DNA of 63,661 nucleotides, filler included, from 10 parts of 10 records of this genome joined end to end with filler, not necessarily neighbours in it; one strand, 5' to 3'; counted from the whole stretch's first letter, positions 9,945 through 19,978 are shown. Numbers and translations are program-made. Notes: a model not told the origin generated them from the letters alone.

Positions 9945-10232
9945 AATTTTCTCCTTACCTCATAAATAATTATGCCCCGACTTCAAGCAGGGGCAATACA
10001 TCAACTCGCTCAATGGTTTAAAGAAATTCGAAATTGCTTCCAATTCAACATTATGCGATCTATAATTATGTTTTTTATAACAATATCATAACAAGTTGTT
10101 TGAACTGAAATAATATAACGTGGAAAACACTTTGTCAAGGGGAACCGCAAAATGCTTAAAACTATTTAAATCATAATATATTTTCTAAAAGGAAGATAAG
10201 GCGCCGGATAAAGGTTTGAATGCGTTGAGCGG

Positions 10233-10724
10233 TCAGGTCACTTTCAGATCCTGTACGTCCAGCATATCGGTGAGCCGTTTAAGGGTCAATGCGATCTCGT
10301 CTATTTCCTCCGGGGAAAGGTTGTTGAGGCCGTCAATGATTTTTTGTTGTATGGGAGGCGGTGCATTTTCCGCCAGGACTTTGCCGGCCTGCGTCAACTC
10401 CACGGTCACCACCCGGCGGTCCGGCGATATTCTCAATCGTTTCACAAGGTCTTTGTTTTCCAGCCGATCGATAATCCCGGTAACGGTACTGGAACTGACC
10501 ATCACGTGTTTGGAAATCTGTGAGGGAGAAAGGGGGCCGTTTTCATGAAGGGCGATGAGGCAGTTGATCTGGGCGGAACTGACATTGAAAATTTTGTTCA
10601 ATTCCTTTGTGTAATGCTCACCCGCCTGCATCAGGCGACGAATGGCGTAAACGATCTCCTTGGTCCGTATGGCATGATAATCTTCAGATGCTTCGACAAG
10701 CGTTACTTCATTGACTTTGGGCAT
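10233..10724 (-). CDS. MarR-family transcriptional regulator (EctR/CosR-like)
   Basis: VSSSTVTGIIDRLENKDLVKR...DRRVVTVELTQAG; likely start MPKVNE at 10724. Confidence 0.88.
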   Translation of the reverse strand: MPKVNEVTLVEASEDYHAIRTKEIVYAIRRLMQAGEHYTKELNKIFNVSSAQINCLIALHENGPLSPSQISKHVMVSSSTVTGIIDRLENKDLVKRLRISPDRRVVTVELTQAGKVLAENAPPPIQQKIIDGLNNLSPEEIDEIALTLKRLTDMLDVQDLKVT

Positions 10725-10823
10725 AATCAGTTCCTCAAATACACGATACTCTCCGCCACATCTACCATAAAGCCTGAATTTCGAGCAACAAAATAATAGG
10801 CTCCTGTTTTGAAGAGAGGCAAC

Positions 10824-11582
10824 ATGATACAATTCAAAAAAGTTTGCAAGTCCTTCGATGAAGGCCGATCCTTTGCCGTAAATGACCTTTCCTTAGAGGT
10901 AAACACGGGCGAGACCCTGGTCCTCTTAGGCTCATCGGGCAGCGGCAAAACCACCACCCTGAAAATGATCAACCGGCTCATTGAACCGAGCGGGGGGAGA
11001 ATCGAAGTGGGCGGTGAGGATGTCATGAAACAGGACCCGGTGAAACTGCGACGAAAAATCGGCTATGTTTTTCAAGGGATCGGCCTTTTCCCGCACATGA
11101 CCGTTGGAGAGAATGTGGGGTTGGTTCCCCGGCTTTCAGGTGAATTCATCCATGAAAGAGAAGCAAACACTCAAAAGCTTTTGGAACTGGTGGGTCTCCC
11201 CGCAGAAACCTTTGCCCATCGGTTTCCCGACGAACTTTCCGGCGGTCAGCAACAGCGGGTGGGTGTGGCCCGTGCACTGGCTGACAATCCGGAATATCTT
11301 CTCATGGACGAGCCGTTCGGTGCCCTGGATGCGCTGAATCGCGAACTGCTGCAACAGGAATTGCTGAGTCTGAAGAGGAAGCTGAAAAAGACCGTTGTTT
11401 TTGTCACCCATGATATTTTTGAGGCGTTTTTGCTGGGCGATCGCATTGCGATTTTGCATCAGGGGAAGCTTGAACAGATTGGACCGAAAAGGGAAATCCT
11501 ATCCGCTCCGGCCACCCCCTTTGTAAAGAGTCTTATTTCCAAACCTGCCAGGCAATTGGCCGATTTTCAGGGAATGGTCTGA
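10824..11582 (+). CDS. Osmoprotectant (glycine betaine/choline-type) ABC transporter ATP-binding protein
   Basis: GSSGSGKTT, MINRLIEP, LSGGQQQRVGVARALA and MDEPFGALD motifs. Confidence 0.9.
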   Translation: MIQFKKVCKSFDEGRSFAVNDLSLEVNTGETLVLLGSSGSGKTTTLKMINRLIEPSGGRIEVGGEDVMKQDPVKLRRKIGYVFQGIGLFPHMTVGENVGLVPRLSGEFIHEREANTQKLLELVGLPAETFAHRFPDELSGGQQQRVGVARALADNPEYLLMDEPFGALDALNRELLQQELLSLKRKLKKTVVFVTHDIFEAFLLGDRIAILHQGKLEQIGPKREILSAPATPFVKSLISKPARQLADFQGMV

Positions 11583-13171
11583 TGCCTGCTGAACCCTTAG
11601 GAACTTTTATTTTAGAGCGCTTGCCCGAGCTCTGGCTTCGAACGGGCGAGCATCTCATGCTGACAGGCGTTTCCTCCATGGCGGCTGTGCTGATCGGAAT
11701 ACCCGTCGGCATCCTTTTGTTTCGGAGACCATGGCTACGTAAAGTTGCCATGGGGGCTATCAGCATTGTTCAGACCATTCCGAGTCTGGCCATGCTGGCC
11801 TTCCTGCTGGCGCTCCTTCATCGGATCGGTGCATTGCCGGCAATCATCGCCCTGACCCTCTATGCGCTGCTTCCCATTGTCCGCAATACCATTACGGGGC
11901 TGGAAGGGGTATCACCTCAAATAATGGAGGCCGCCAAGGGTATGGGGATGACGAAAGGACAGCGACTGCGTATGGTCCGAATGCCCTTAGCCGCCCCGGT
12001 CATCGTTGCGGGGATCCGAACCGCCGCGGTGCTGGGGGTGGGTATTGCCACCCTTTCCGCTTTTATCGGCGCCGGCGGGCTAGGGCAGTTCATCAACCGC
12101 GGTCTTGCCCTTTCCAACACAAGGCTCATCCTCCTGGGAGCTGTTCCTGCCGCTCTTTTGGCGCTTCTCATAGATTTTACCATCGGCGCATTTGAGTGGG
12201 GCCTCGCACCGGAAAGAAGACGCGCCAAGAGGGGATCGTTTGGAGGTATGTTGAGGTTTGCAACACGGGTAATGCCGGTTCTGTTGATTTTGGCCGGTAT
12301 AGGGGTCTATGTCAGCGGTGCTGTTTTGGGAAATCGCGAAAGCCTATCGGACGACCATGGAGATACTGTGGTTGTGGGAGCAAAGAATTTCACGGAACAA
12401 TTGATCTTGGGCGAGTTGATGGCCCAGGTGATAGAGAAACGGACACCCCTAAAGGTTGAGCGCCGTTTCAATCTTGGCGGTACCATGATCTGCCATGCCG
12501 CACTCCTAAACGGCGAAATTGATCTTTACGCCGAGTATACGGGTACGGGATTGACCGCGATTCTCAAGGCGCCGGTGATCTCTGACCCGGAGACGGCCTT
12601 GCAGCACGTACGAAAAGAATATGACGAACGTTTCGGTATTAAATGGCTAACGCCTTTCGGATTCAACAATACCTATGCCGTAACGGTGCGCAAAGACCAG
12701 GCCCGGAAGCATGGGTGGCATAAAATTTCGGATCTGAAACAAGAACAAAATGAACTTCGTGCGGGTTTCACCGCCGAATTTTCCGAAAGGGCGGACGGTT
12801 ATCCGGGATTGAGCAACGCCTACGGTCTTCGGTTCATGGAAGTTAAGGATTTGGAACCGTCCATGATGTACAAGGCCGTGGCCAACAAAGAGGTGGATGT
12901 GATTTGCGCCTTTGCCACGGACGGTCGTATTGAAGCCTATCAATTGAAGCCGCTTCAGGATGACCGAGATTTTTTTCCCCCTTACCATGCGGCACCCATT
13001 ATCAGGGAAAAGTGTCTCGAAAAAAGTGTAGCACTTGAAAAAGCCCTTCTATCCCTGGGCGGCCTTATTGATGATGACGCAATGCAGCGTCTGAATTTTC
13101 AGGTCGACGGTGAGGGATTGAGTCCGGCGAAGGCTGCAAATTCTTTTCTCAGAATGAAAGGGCTCATTTAG
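11582..13171 (+). CDS. Osmoprotectant ABC transporter permease fused to substrate-binding domain
   Basis: QTIPSLA and EAAKGMGM permease motifs, then KNFTEQ, YAEYTGT, FGFNNTY and FFPPY binding-protein motifs. Confidence 0.9.
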   Translation: MPAEPLGTFILERLPELWLRTGEHLMLTGVSSMAAVLIGIPVGILLFRRPWLRKVAMGAISIVQTIPSLAMLAFLLALLHRIGALPAIIALTLYALLPIVRNTITGLEGVSPQIMEAAKGMGMTKGQRLRMVRMPLAAPVIVAGIRTAAVLGVGIATLSAFIGAGGLGQFINRGLALSNTRLILLGAVPAALLALLIDFTIGAFEWGLAPERRRAKRGSFGGMLRFATRVMPVLLILAGIGVYVSGAVLGNRESLSDDHGDTVVVGAKNFTEQLILGELMAQVIEKRTPLKVERRFNLGGTMICHAALLNGEIDLYAEYTGTGLTAILKAPVISDPETALQHVRKEYDERFGIKWLTPFGFNNTYAVTVRKDQARKHGWHKISDLKQEQNELRAGFTAEFSERADGYPGLSNAYGLRFMEVKDLEPSMMYKAVANKEVDVICAFATDGRIEAYQLKPLQDDRDFFPPYHAAPIIREKCLEKSVALEKALLSLGGLIDDDAMQRLNFQVDGEGLSPAKAANSFLRMKGLI

Positions 13172-13304
13172 TGCCGAATTTCCCATAAACCTGTAAAAAA
13201 AAGGAAGTCAAAGTTTTACTTCTGCCACCAGCGCTTTTGTTGCCGCTCCATTGGTCGTTAACACGTTTTATCCACCTTTAATTCTTCAAGGAGGAGGATT
13301 GACA

Positions 13305-14096
13305 ATGACTGCAAAATTTAAAATTGAATTTCCAAAAATCAGCGCACATGATTACAACCAGGACGAAGAATACTTTTTCTTAGTGGAACCGGATAAGCTG
13401 AAAGACAATAACAAACGGAAGGTTCTTTTCCATGAATATGCAAAAATATATAACATAGCTGGATTATATGAGCAATTGTTCTATGAACGCTTGAAATGCA
13501 GTTCTCCAAAAAGGGTATTGGAGGCACTGCGTTATTCCATCTCTCAGGTCCGAGAAAATTTTACGGAACTCCGTGTCCTTGATTTAGGCGCCGGTAATGG
13601 AATGATGGGTGAGCAAGTGAGAAAGTACGGGGTGGCACGGCTTGTGGGCGCGGATATTATCCCTGAAGCGCAAAAAGCCAATGAGCGTGACAGACCTACG
13701 GTATATGATGCCTACTATGTGGCGGATTTCTGCGATTTGACCTCACACCAAAAGAAGGATTTAGAAGAATGGTCATTTAATTGTTTGACGACTGTCGCGG
13801 CCCTTGGATTCGGGGATATTCCGGCGAAAGCATTTACAGAGGCATTCAACATCCTCCAAAGCGAGGGTTGGATTGCTTTCAACATTAAAGAAACATTTCT
13901 CGACAAGAGCGATTTAACCGGATTCTCTGTTGCCATCAGAGAACTGATTTTTTCAGAATATCTGGATGTCTATTACCTGGAACGATACCAGCACAGGCTT
14001 TCAATGGAAGGCAAACCTTTGTACTACTTTGCAATAGCCGGAAGAAAGAATTCTGATATTCCGAAAGATTTTTTAGAATCAATCGCAATAAGATAA
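13305..14096 (+). CDS. Class I SAM-dependent methyltransferase
   Basis: VLDLGAGNG motif; ATG at 13305 after GGAGGA. Confidence 0.75.
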   Translation: MTAKFKIEFPKISAHDYNQDEEYFFLVEPDKLKDNNKRKVLFHEYAKIYNIAGLYEQLFYERLKCSSPKRVLEALRYSISQVRENFTELRVLDLGAGNGMMGEQVRKYGVARLVGADIIPEAQKANERDRPTVYDAYYVADFCDLTSHQKKDLEEWSFNCLTTVAALGFGDIPAKAFTEAFNILQSEGWIAFNIKETFLDKSDLTGFSVAIRELIFSEYLDVYYLERYQHRLSMEGKPLYYFAIAGRKNSDIPKDFLESIAIR

Positions 14097-14177
14097 AGAA
14101 TTGGATTGCTCTGCGAAGCAATTAGCCCCCCCTGTGTCAGGATAGTTGGCACCTCCATTTCACAGCAGAGGAGTCGT

Positions 14178-14205
14178 ACCCGGGTCCCCCCAGGGGGACC
14201 CGGGT
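14178..14205. repeat. Perfect 13-bp inverted repeat
   Basis: ACCCGGGTCCCCC-CA-GGGGGACCCGGGT followed by TTT. Confidence 0.7.
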
Positions 14206-14256
14206 TTTGAGATACGCCTTTGCTTTTCACAAGGATGAAATAGCCCTCATCCTTCC

Positions 14257-14356
14257 NNNNNNNNNNNNNNNNNNNNNNNNNNNNNNNNNNNNNNNNNNNN
14301 TTAATTAATTAANNNNNNNNNNNNNNNNNNNNNNNNNNNNNNNNNNNNNNNNNNNN
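14257..14356. other. Artificial contig spacer
   Basis: N44-TTAATTAATTAA-N44. Confidence 0.99.
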
Positions 14357-14449
14357 CAGAACAGCGTCTACTCCGGGCAATTCCAATTACCGCGGGGATG
14401 CGCCGTGCGGGTAAAAGCCATCGCTCTCGGAGTCACGGCGCATGACCGG

Positions 14450-16279
14450 TCATTCTCGCGGCCCCGGGACCTCTCCGGACTGCTCCACGGGAAGGGTGAC
14501 TGAAAAGACGGCGCCCTTTCCCGGAGTGCTTTCAAACTCCAGGCTTCCATTCAACTCATCAATGATCTTCTTGGATATGGCCAGACCGAGCCCGGTGTTG
14601 CTTTTCGTTATTTTGGTACTGAAGAAGGGTGTCATAATCTTGTCTTTCACGGCGTCATCTATCCCGTATCCGTTATCCGCGACCAGAATACGAACGCGAT
14701 TCCCGTTCGCAACCAGACGGGTAGTCACCTCGATCGTCCCCTGGGGCAGGACCGCGTCAATGCTGTTGATAATGATGTTCAGAAAGACCTGTTTCAACCT
14801 ATTGGCATCACCGCAGATCTTGACTTCGCTCTTGTCAAAGCGGGATGCGAAATCAATTCTCTTCTCAATCAGTTTATGATGAATCAGGTCCAGTACGTCT
14901 GTGAGCAGATTATGCAGATCAAACACATCGAGGGGGGGCTGGGTTCTGGAAAAGGAAAGGAGATTGGAAACGATGCCGCCGATTCGATCCAGTTCCTTTC
15001 CCATCTTCCGCATCTTTTCCCTTATTCCCGCATCCCTGTCCGTCGACTTCAATTCAATTAATTTGAGATTGTTCTTCACGATGAACAGGGGGTTGTTAAT
15101 CTCATGGGCCACGCCGACCGCCAGTTCGGCGAGGGAGGCATACTTTTCCGTCTCGACCATATAATCGTCCAATCCGCTTTTAAAGGAGTCATCTCTGAAC
15201 AGGATGACCTTGGCGTCGTTCAATCCGGGAAAATAGGATCGCGGAACGAGCGTGACGGAAATGATTCTGCCGTCTGTCAGGGTAATCTCGTTGAATTCGC
15301 TTTCCTGGAATTCTCCGGAGAAGACTCCGGAAGAATCGAAGATCTCAGGGAAAATCGTTTCCTGCAGCCTTTTCCCCAGCCATCCGGAGGAGATCTCAGG
15401 AAACATGGATTTGAGGGACGGATTGAAGTAAAAGATGCGATTTTCCTCTTCTAGGATCAGCATACCTTCTGTCAATCGATCCGTAGTGGATTCCAGGACA
15501 TCCCGCAGAAAACTGATCTTTCGGAGATCATCCCGGTTCTCCTGTTCCACCGAATAGGAGTAGGAGAGCTCGAAGAGCTTATATTTATCAAGTTTACTCG
15601 TCTTCTCCGTCCCGATGCGGATGCCGTTCTTCAGGATAGTGACATGATCCGAAACCTTCAGGATCTCATCAAGATCATGGGAGATGTAGATGAATGAGAC
15701 CCCCTGCTTCTTCAGCGTACTCATAGTGTTGTATACAATTTTCATCTCTCCGGGCGTCAGCTTCTGGGCGATCTCGTCCAGAATGATGATCTTGCTGTCA
15801 GTTATTATGGTCCGTGCGAATTCGACCATATACTGCTGGGCGACGGACAAACGGTAGAGGGGCGTCTCCAGATCGATGGAGTATTCCATACTGTCAAAAA
15901 GCTCGCGCGCCCGGGATTGCATCTCCGAATGCTTCAGCTTCCCCCACCAGTTTTTTATGGGCTTTCCAGAGTAAAGGTACTCCACCGCATTGTAATCGGG
16001 GATGATATTGTTATTCTGATAAACGATAGCGACCTTTTCGTCCATCGCGATCTGGGGCGTCATATAGGAATAGGAGCTATGCCCTATCCTGATAATCCCC
16101 GAATGAGGTCTCAACGCTCCGGCAATAATATTGACCAGAGATGATTTCCCGGCCCGGTGCTCGCCGATCAGGCCGTGAACCTCCCCCTCGAAGAGAGTGA
16201 AATCGACGCCGCGAAGCGCGGCTCTGTGTGCATAGTTATGAAAAATCTTTTCCAGGGAAAGGACGGTCTTATCATTCAT
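14450..16279 (-). CDS. Cytoplasmic sensor histidine kinase with N-terminal sugar-ABC ATPase (NBD) domain and PAS-like domain
   Basis: NBD motifs GEHRAGKSS, IVYQ, LSVAQQ, ILDE and YISHD; kinase motifs AHEINNPL, NIIINSIDA, DNGYGI, PFFSTK and GLGLAI; no TM helix. Confidence 0.88.
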   Translation of the reverse strand: MNDKTVLSLEKIFHNYAHRAALRGVDFTLFEGEVHGLIGEHRAGKSSLVNIIAGALRPHSGIIRIGHSSYSYMTPQIAMDEKVAIVYQNNNIIPDYNAVEYLYSGKPIKNWWGKLKHSEMQSRARELFDSMEYSIDLETPLYRLSVAQQYMVEFARTIITDSKIIILDEIAQKLTPGEMKIVYNTMSTLKKQGVSFIYISHDLDEILKVSDHVTILKNGIRIGTEKTSKLDKYKLFELSYSYSVEQENRDDLRKISFLRDVLESTTDRLTEGMLILEEENRIFYFNPSLKSMFPEISSGWLGKRLQETIFPEIFDSSGVFSGEFQESEFNEITLTDGRIISVTLVPRSYFPGLNDAKVILFRDDSFKSGLDDYMVETEKYASLAELAVGVAHEINNPLFIVKNNLKLIELKSTDRDAGIREKMRKMGKELDRIGGIVSNLLSFSRTQPPLDVFDLHNLLTDVLDLIHHKLIEKRIDFASRFDKSEVKICGDANRLKQVFLNIIINSIDAVLPQGTIEVTTRLVANGNRVRILVADNGYGIDDAVKDKIMTPFFSTKITKSNTGLGLAISKKIIDELNGSLEFESTPGKGAVFSVTLPVEQSGEVPGPRE

Positions 16280-17586
16280 AGAAGATCGTACTTCTTCATA
16301 CGGTTATACAGGGTCTTGCGATCGACCCCCAGGATTTCAGCGGCCCTGGACTTGACTCCGCCGCTCCTCTCCAGGGCGTCGAGTATAGACTTCTTAGCCG
16401 CGTCCCCGGTCAGATCCTCATAGAGGGAAGAGGATGAGATGTTCCCTATCTTGATGTTTCGGTACTGCTCTGGAATATAGCGGTCGCCGACGATCTCGCC
16501 GTCGGCAAAGATGATCAGGCGCTGGACGAAATTCTTCAGTTCCCTGATATTTCCGGGCCAGCTGTGTTTATAGATAAGGTTCCAGACCTCGTCGTTAAAA
16601 TCCCTGACCTGCTTCCCGTACTGACGGTTGAAGGTCCTGATAAAATAGCGGGTCAGGATAGCCAGATCTTCCACCCTCTTCCGGAGAGGGGGCAGATTGA
16701 GGGTAACGACGGAAAGCCTGTAGTAGAGATCTTCCCGGAATCCTCCCCGGGCGATCTCCTCCTGAAAGTTCTTATTCGTCGCTGCGATGATCCGGCAATC
16801 CGCCTTCAGAACGTCGGAGCCTCCCACGCGGCTGTACTTCCCGTCCTGAAGGATCCGGAGCATCTTGGCCTGGGTTTCCATGGACATATCCCCGATCTCA
16901 TCCAGAAAGATGCTGCCCCGGCCCGCCTGTTCGAACAGACCGATCTTCCGCTTGTCCGCTCCCGTGAAGGCGCCCTTTTCATGACCGAAGATCTCGCTCT
17001 CCAGCAGGGTCTGCATGATGGCCGCGCAGTTGACCTTGACGAAAGGCTCCTCTGAACGGTTGCTGTATTGATGGATGGTATTGGCGATCAGCTCCTTGCC
17101 GGTTCCGCTCTCCCCCGTGACCAGGACGGTCGCGTCCGTCCGGGCGGCCTCTCTCGCCATATTCAGGATCTGCAGCATCCTGGCGTCCTGGGTAACGATC
17201 TCCTCCTGTGCTACTGATGATCGCTCCTCCGGTTCCAGGCCCCGGATCTCCTCCAGAAGGGTATCCATATCCACCGGTTTGGTATAGAGATTCAGAGCGC
17301 CCAGCTTCATAACTCTGACCGTATCCTGAATGGAGGCGTAACCGCTGATCACGATAATGGGGATATCGAGGTCAGAACTTTTCATGCCGTCCAGGATCTC
17401 GATCCCGCCGGTTCCCGGCATTTTCAGATCCAGAAGGATAACGTCGGGTCGGTTTTTCCGTATCTTTTCAAGAAACCCGTCGGGCCTGCTGATCGTCCGG
17501 CAGTTGTACCCGTAATACTCAAAGAACTCTTTCAGGGAGAGACAGATTTCCTCTTCATCATCGATGATTAATAGATTGAGAGACAT
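16276..17586 (-). CDS. Sigma54-dependent response regulator (NtrC/AtoC family)
   Basis: REC domain (ILLDLKMP), GESGTGKE, GAFTGA, WPGNIRELKN and Fis-type HTH; ATGA overlap with the kinase. Confidence 0.95.
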   Translation of the reverse strand: MSLNLLIIDDEEEICLSLKEFFEYYGYNCRTISRPDGFLEKIRKNRPDVILLDLKMPGTGGIEILDGMKSSDLDIPIIVISGYASIQDTVRVMKLGALNLYTKPVDMDTLLEEIRGLEPEERSSVAQEEIVTQDARMLQILNMAREAARTDATVLVTGESGTGKELIANTIHQYSNRSEEPFVKVNCAAIMQTLLESEIFGHEKGAFTGADKRKIGLFEQAGRGSIFLDEIGDMSMETQAKMLRILQDGKYSRVGGSDVLKADCRIIAATNKNFQEEIARGGFREDLYYRLSVVTLNLPPLRKRVEDLAILTRYFIRTFNRQYGKQVRDFNDEVWNLIYKHSWPGNIRELKNFVQRLIIFADGEIVGDRYIPEQYRNIKIGNISSSSLYEDLTGDAAKKSILDALERSGGVKSRAAEILGVDRKTLYNRMKKYDLL

Positions 17587-17592
17587 ACACTC

Positions 17593-17621
17593 AGTATGGG
17601 GATTGGTCTTAAATCCGTCAA
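17593..17621 (-). promoter_or_regulatory. Sigma70 promoter abutting the response regulator start (probable leaderless mRNA)
   Basis: TTGACG-N17-CATACT-N6-ATG on the minus strand; no Shine-Dalgarno. Confidence 0.6.
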
Positions 17622-17642
17622 TCTAAATCAATTTAGGGAGAG

Positions 17643-17708
17643 TGGGGAAATAATTCCCCAATTTCGGGGAAGCCTGGGGAATGGGGAAGCTGAGATCCAC
17701 ACTCCCCA
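17643..17708. promoter_or_regulatory. Candidate upstream activator sequence for the sigma54 activator
   Basis: Perfect inverted repeat TGGGGAA-ATAA-TTCCCCA plus three more GGGGAA half-sites, about 85-150 bp upstream of the -24/-12 site. Confidence 0.55.
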
Positions 17709-17790
17709 TGCTCAGCATTCTCCGGAGAAATAAGCCCTATCTCTCAACGGTGTAACAAAATAAATTGTTTTTGTTGTTTTTTATCCTTTT

Positions 17791-17806
17791 TGGTATTCTT
17801 TTTGCA
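17791..17806 (+). promoter_or_regulatory. Sigma54 (-24/-12) promoter of the sugar ABC operon
   Basis: TGGTATTCTTTTTGCA gives GG-N10-GC, 38 nt before the permease ATG. Confidence 0.8.
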
Positions 17807-17843
17807 TTATGAGGGTTGTAATTCATAAAAAGGAGAATGTTCT

Positions 17844-18854
17844 ATGGTAGCGGAGAATTCCGGTTCTGTTGGAAGCGCACATCAAAACTCTCTGGCGAAA
17901 CGTATAAGGAGCCTGGCGAGGGCAGGCGAGTTCGGTGTCTTCCTCGTCCTTTTGGGGATGTGCGTTATAATGAGCTTTGCCAGCCCCTATTTTCTGAAAA
18001 CTGTCAATATCTTTAACATTCTGAGGAACATGTCCACCATCGGAATCATGGCCATCGGGATGACTATGATTATCGTGACGGGGGGGATAGACCTTTCCGT
18101 AGGTTCCCAGATGGCCCTTGCGGGTATGGTCATGGCCCGTATGCTGATGCTCGGCCTGCCGACCCTCCCGGCTCTGCTCATCGGCTTCGCCACAGGCCTT
18201 CTGACCGGCTTTTTCAACGGCTATATTATTTCCCGTCTCAAGGTCATTCCTTTTATCGTAACCCTGGGAATGCTGAGCATTGCCAGAGGATTGACCGTTT
18301 TCTTCGCTACTGGCACGAAGGGTGTCGGGGTTGCTTCCAACATCACAGTACGCGATCCCTTTGTAAACTTTGTTGGCGGCGGCTACCTGGGCCCCATACC
18401 CATTCCCGTTATCATCATGTTCATTTTGGTGTTTGTCTTCTCATACTTCCTGAAGAACACCGTGCTGGGCCGTCAGATCTACGCCATCGGAAGCAACGAG
18501 GAAGCCGCCAGATTGACCGGCGTAAACGTGGACAGGGTCAAGGTTATTACCTACACCTTCATGGGATTCCTCAGCGCTCTATCCGGTATTATCTCCGCCG
18601 GCCTCCTGTCTACCGCAGCCACCAATATCGGCACGGGTACGGAACTGGACGTCGTCGCCGGTGTCGTTATCGGGGGAGCCAGTCTGACCGGAGGTCGGGG
18701 AAGCATCGCCGGTTCCATCATCGGTGCCGCCATCATGGCCGTTCTGAGGAACGCCTTCGTCCTGCTGAAGATGCCAGGCTATATGCAGACCATATCCATT
18801 GGAGTGGTCATCATCCTTGCCGTTACCATGGATACGGTACGGCAAAAAAAGTAA
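17844..18854 (+). CDS. Ribose/xylose/galactoside-type ABC transporter permease (RbsC-like)
   Basis: GGIDLSVGS, IPFIVTLG, AIGSNEEAARLTGVN and ELDVVAGVVIGGASL motifs. Confidence 0.92.
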   Translation: MVAENSGSVGSAHQNSLAKRIRSLARAGEFGVFLVLLGMCVIMSFASPYFLKTVNIFNILRNMSTIGIMAIGMTMIIVTGGIDLSVGSQMALAGMVMARMLMLGLPTLPALLIGFATGLLTGFFNGYIISRLKVIPFIVTLGMLSIARGLTVFFATGTKGVGVASNITVRDPFVNFVGGGYLGPIPIPVIIMFILVFVFSYFLKNTVLGRQIYAIGSNEEAARLTGVNVDRVKVITYTFMGFLSALSGIISAGLLSTAATNIGTGTELDVVAGVVIGGASLTGGRGSIAGSIIGAAIMAVLRNAFVLLKMPGYMQTISIGVVIILAVTMDTVRQKK

Positions 18855-18925
18855 TCGAGGTGGATAACACCCTCTGAAAGAGTGAATCACGGGGATATTA
18901 ATCCCCGAAAAATGAAGGAGATATA

Positions 18926-19978
18926 ATGATGAAAAGAATGTTAGTCGCCGCAATGCTGCTGGTTAGCACCGCCGCTCTGGTCTTTGCCAACGGCCAGGGA
19001 GACAAGCCCGTAAGAGACCTTCCTCCCGGCCCCGAATACGCTTCAGCCGCCCAGCCCTCGGATTCCGGAAAGGTAATGCCGATCAGAAAGTCTGACGAAG
19101 AGATCAGGATCGCCGTACTGGGTCTGGAAAACAACCCCTTCTGGATCCCCGTGAGAGAGGGCGCCGTAGCTGCAGGCAATGAATTGGCGGAGTACAACGG
19201 CAAGGTAGACTGGATCGTTCCCGTGGGGGACGCCCACACCGCCGACGTATTCGGTTCCGCCATCGATGCGGCTATCGCACAGGAGTACGACGCCATCGCC
19301 ACCATCGCCGGTGACAGCGGAATCATACCCTACATCGAAAGAGCCGTGGCCGCCGGTATCCCCGTAGCGACCTTCAACGTAGAGACCGACGAACCCAGCC
19401 CCAGGCTCTTCTTCGTAGGCGCGGACCTGTACAGACAGGGAAAGGCAGCCGGTTCCGCCGTTGCCGAACACTACAAAGCTCAGGGCATCGACAATCCAAG
19501 GATCGCCGTTCTCACAGGTTTTTTCTCTGTTGAGGGACACGAGCTGAGAAGAAAGGGCTTCGAAGAGCAGCTGATGGAAGAGATGCCCGACGCCGTTATC
19601 GTAGGCCGCGTGGAAACCCTGGACAAGGATGACACCGGATATCAGCTCTCTTCAGACTTCATCGTAGCCAATCCCGACCTGAATGGATTCTACTCCGCAG
19701 CCGGCGGCTCAGTAGGCTGCGCCAAGGCCGTAAAGGATAACGGACTGGCCGGTAAGGTAGATGTTTTCTGCTACGACTTCATGGACCAGATCATGGAAGC
19801 CATCAAGGACGGTGTTATCGTAGGCACAATCGGACAGCAGCCCTTCGCCCAGGGACATGACCCCGCCATCAGACTGTTCAACTATCTCGTGGCCGGAGAA
19901 ATCCCCGAAGCGGGACGCATGCTGACCAAGTCCGATTTCGTAACCAGAAAGAACATGAGCCAGTTCGGAGACTGGTAG
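18926..19978 (+). CDS. Sugar ABC transporter substrate-binding protein (RbsB-like)
   Basis: Spirochaete-type VFANGQ signal; NPFW, AGIPVATFN and TIGQQPFAQG motifs. Confidence 0.88.
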   Translation: MMKRMLVAAMLLVSTAALVFANGQGDKPVRDLPPGPEYASAAQPSDSGKVMPIRKSDEEIRIAVLGLENNPFWIPVREGAVAAGNELAEYNGKVDWIVPVGDAHTADVFGSAIDAAIAQEYDAIATIAGDSGIIPYIERAVAAGIPVATFNVETDEPSPRLFFVGADLYRQGKAAGSAVAEHYKAQGIDNPRIAVLTGFFSVEGHELRRKGFEEQLMEEMPDAVIVGRVETLDKDDTGYQLSSDFIVANPDLNGFYSAAGGSVGCAKAVKDNGLAGKVDVFCYDFMDQIMEAIKDGVIVGTIGQQPFAQGHDPAIRLFNYLVAGEIPEAGRMLTKSDFVTRKNMSQFGDW

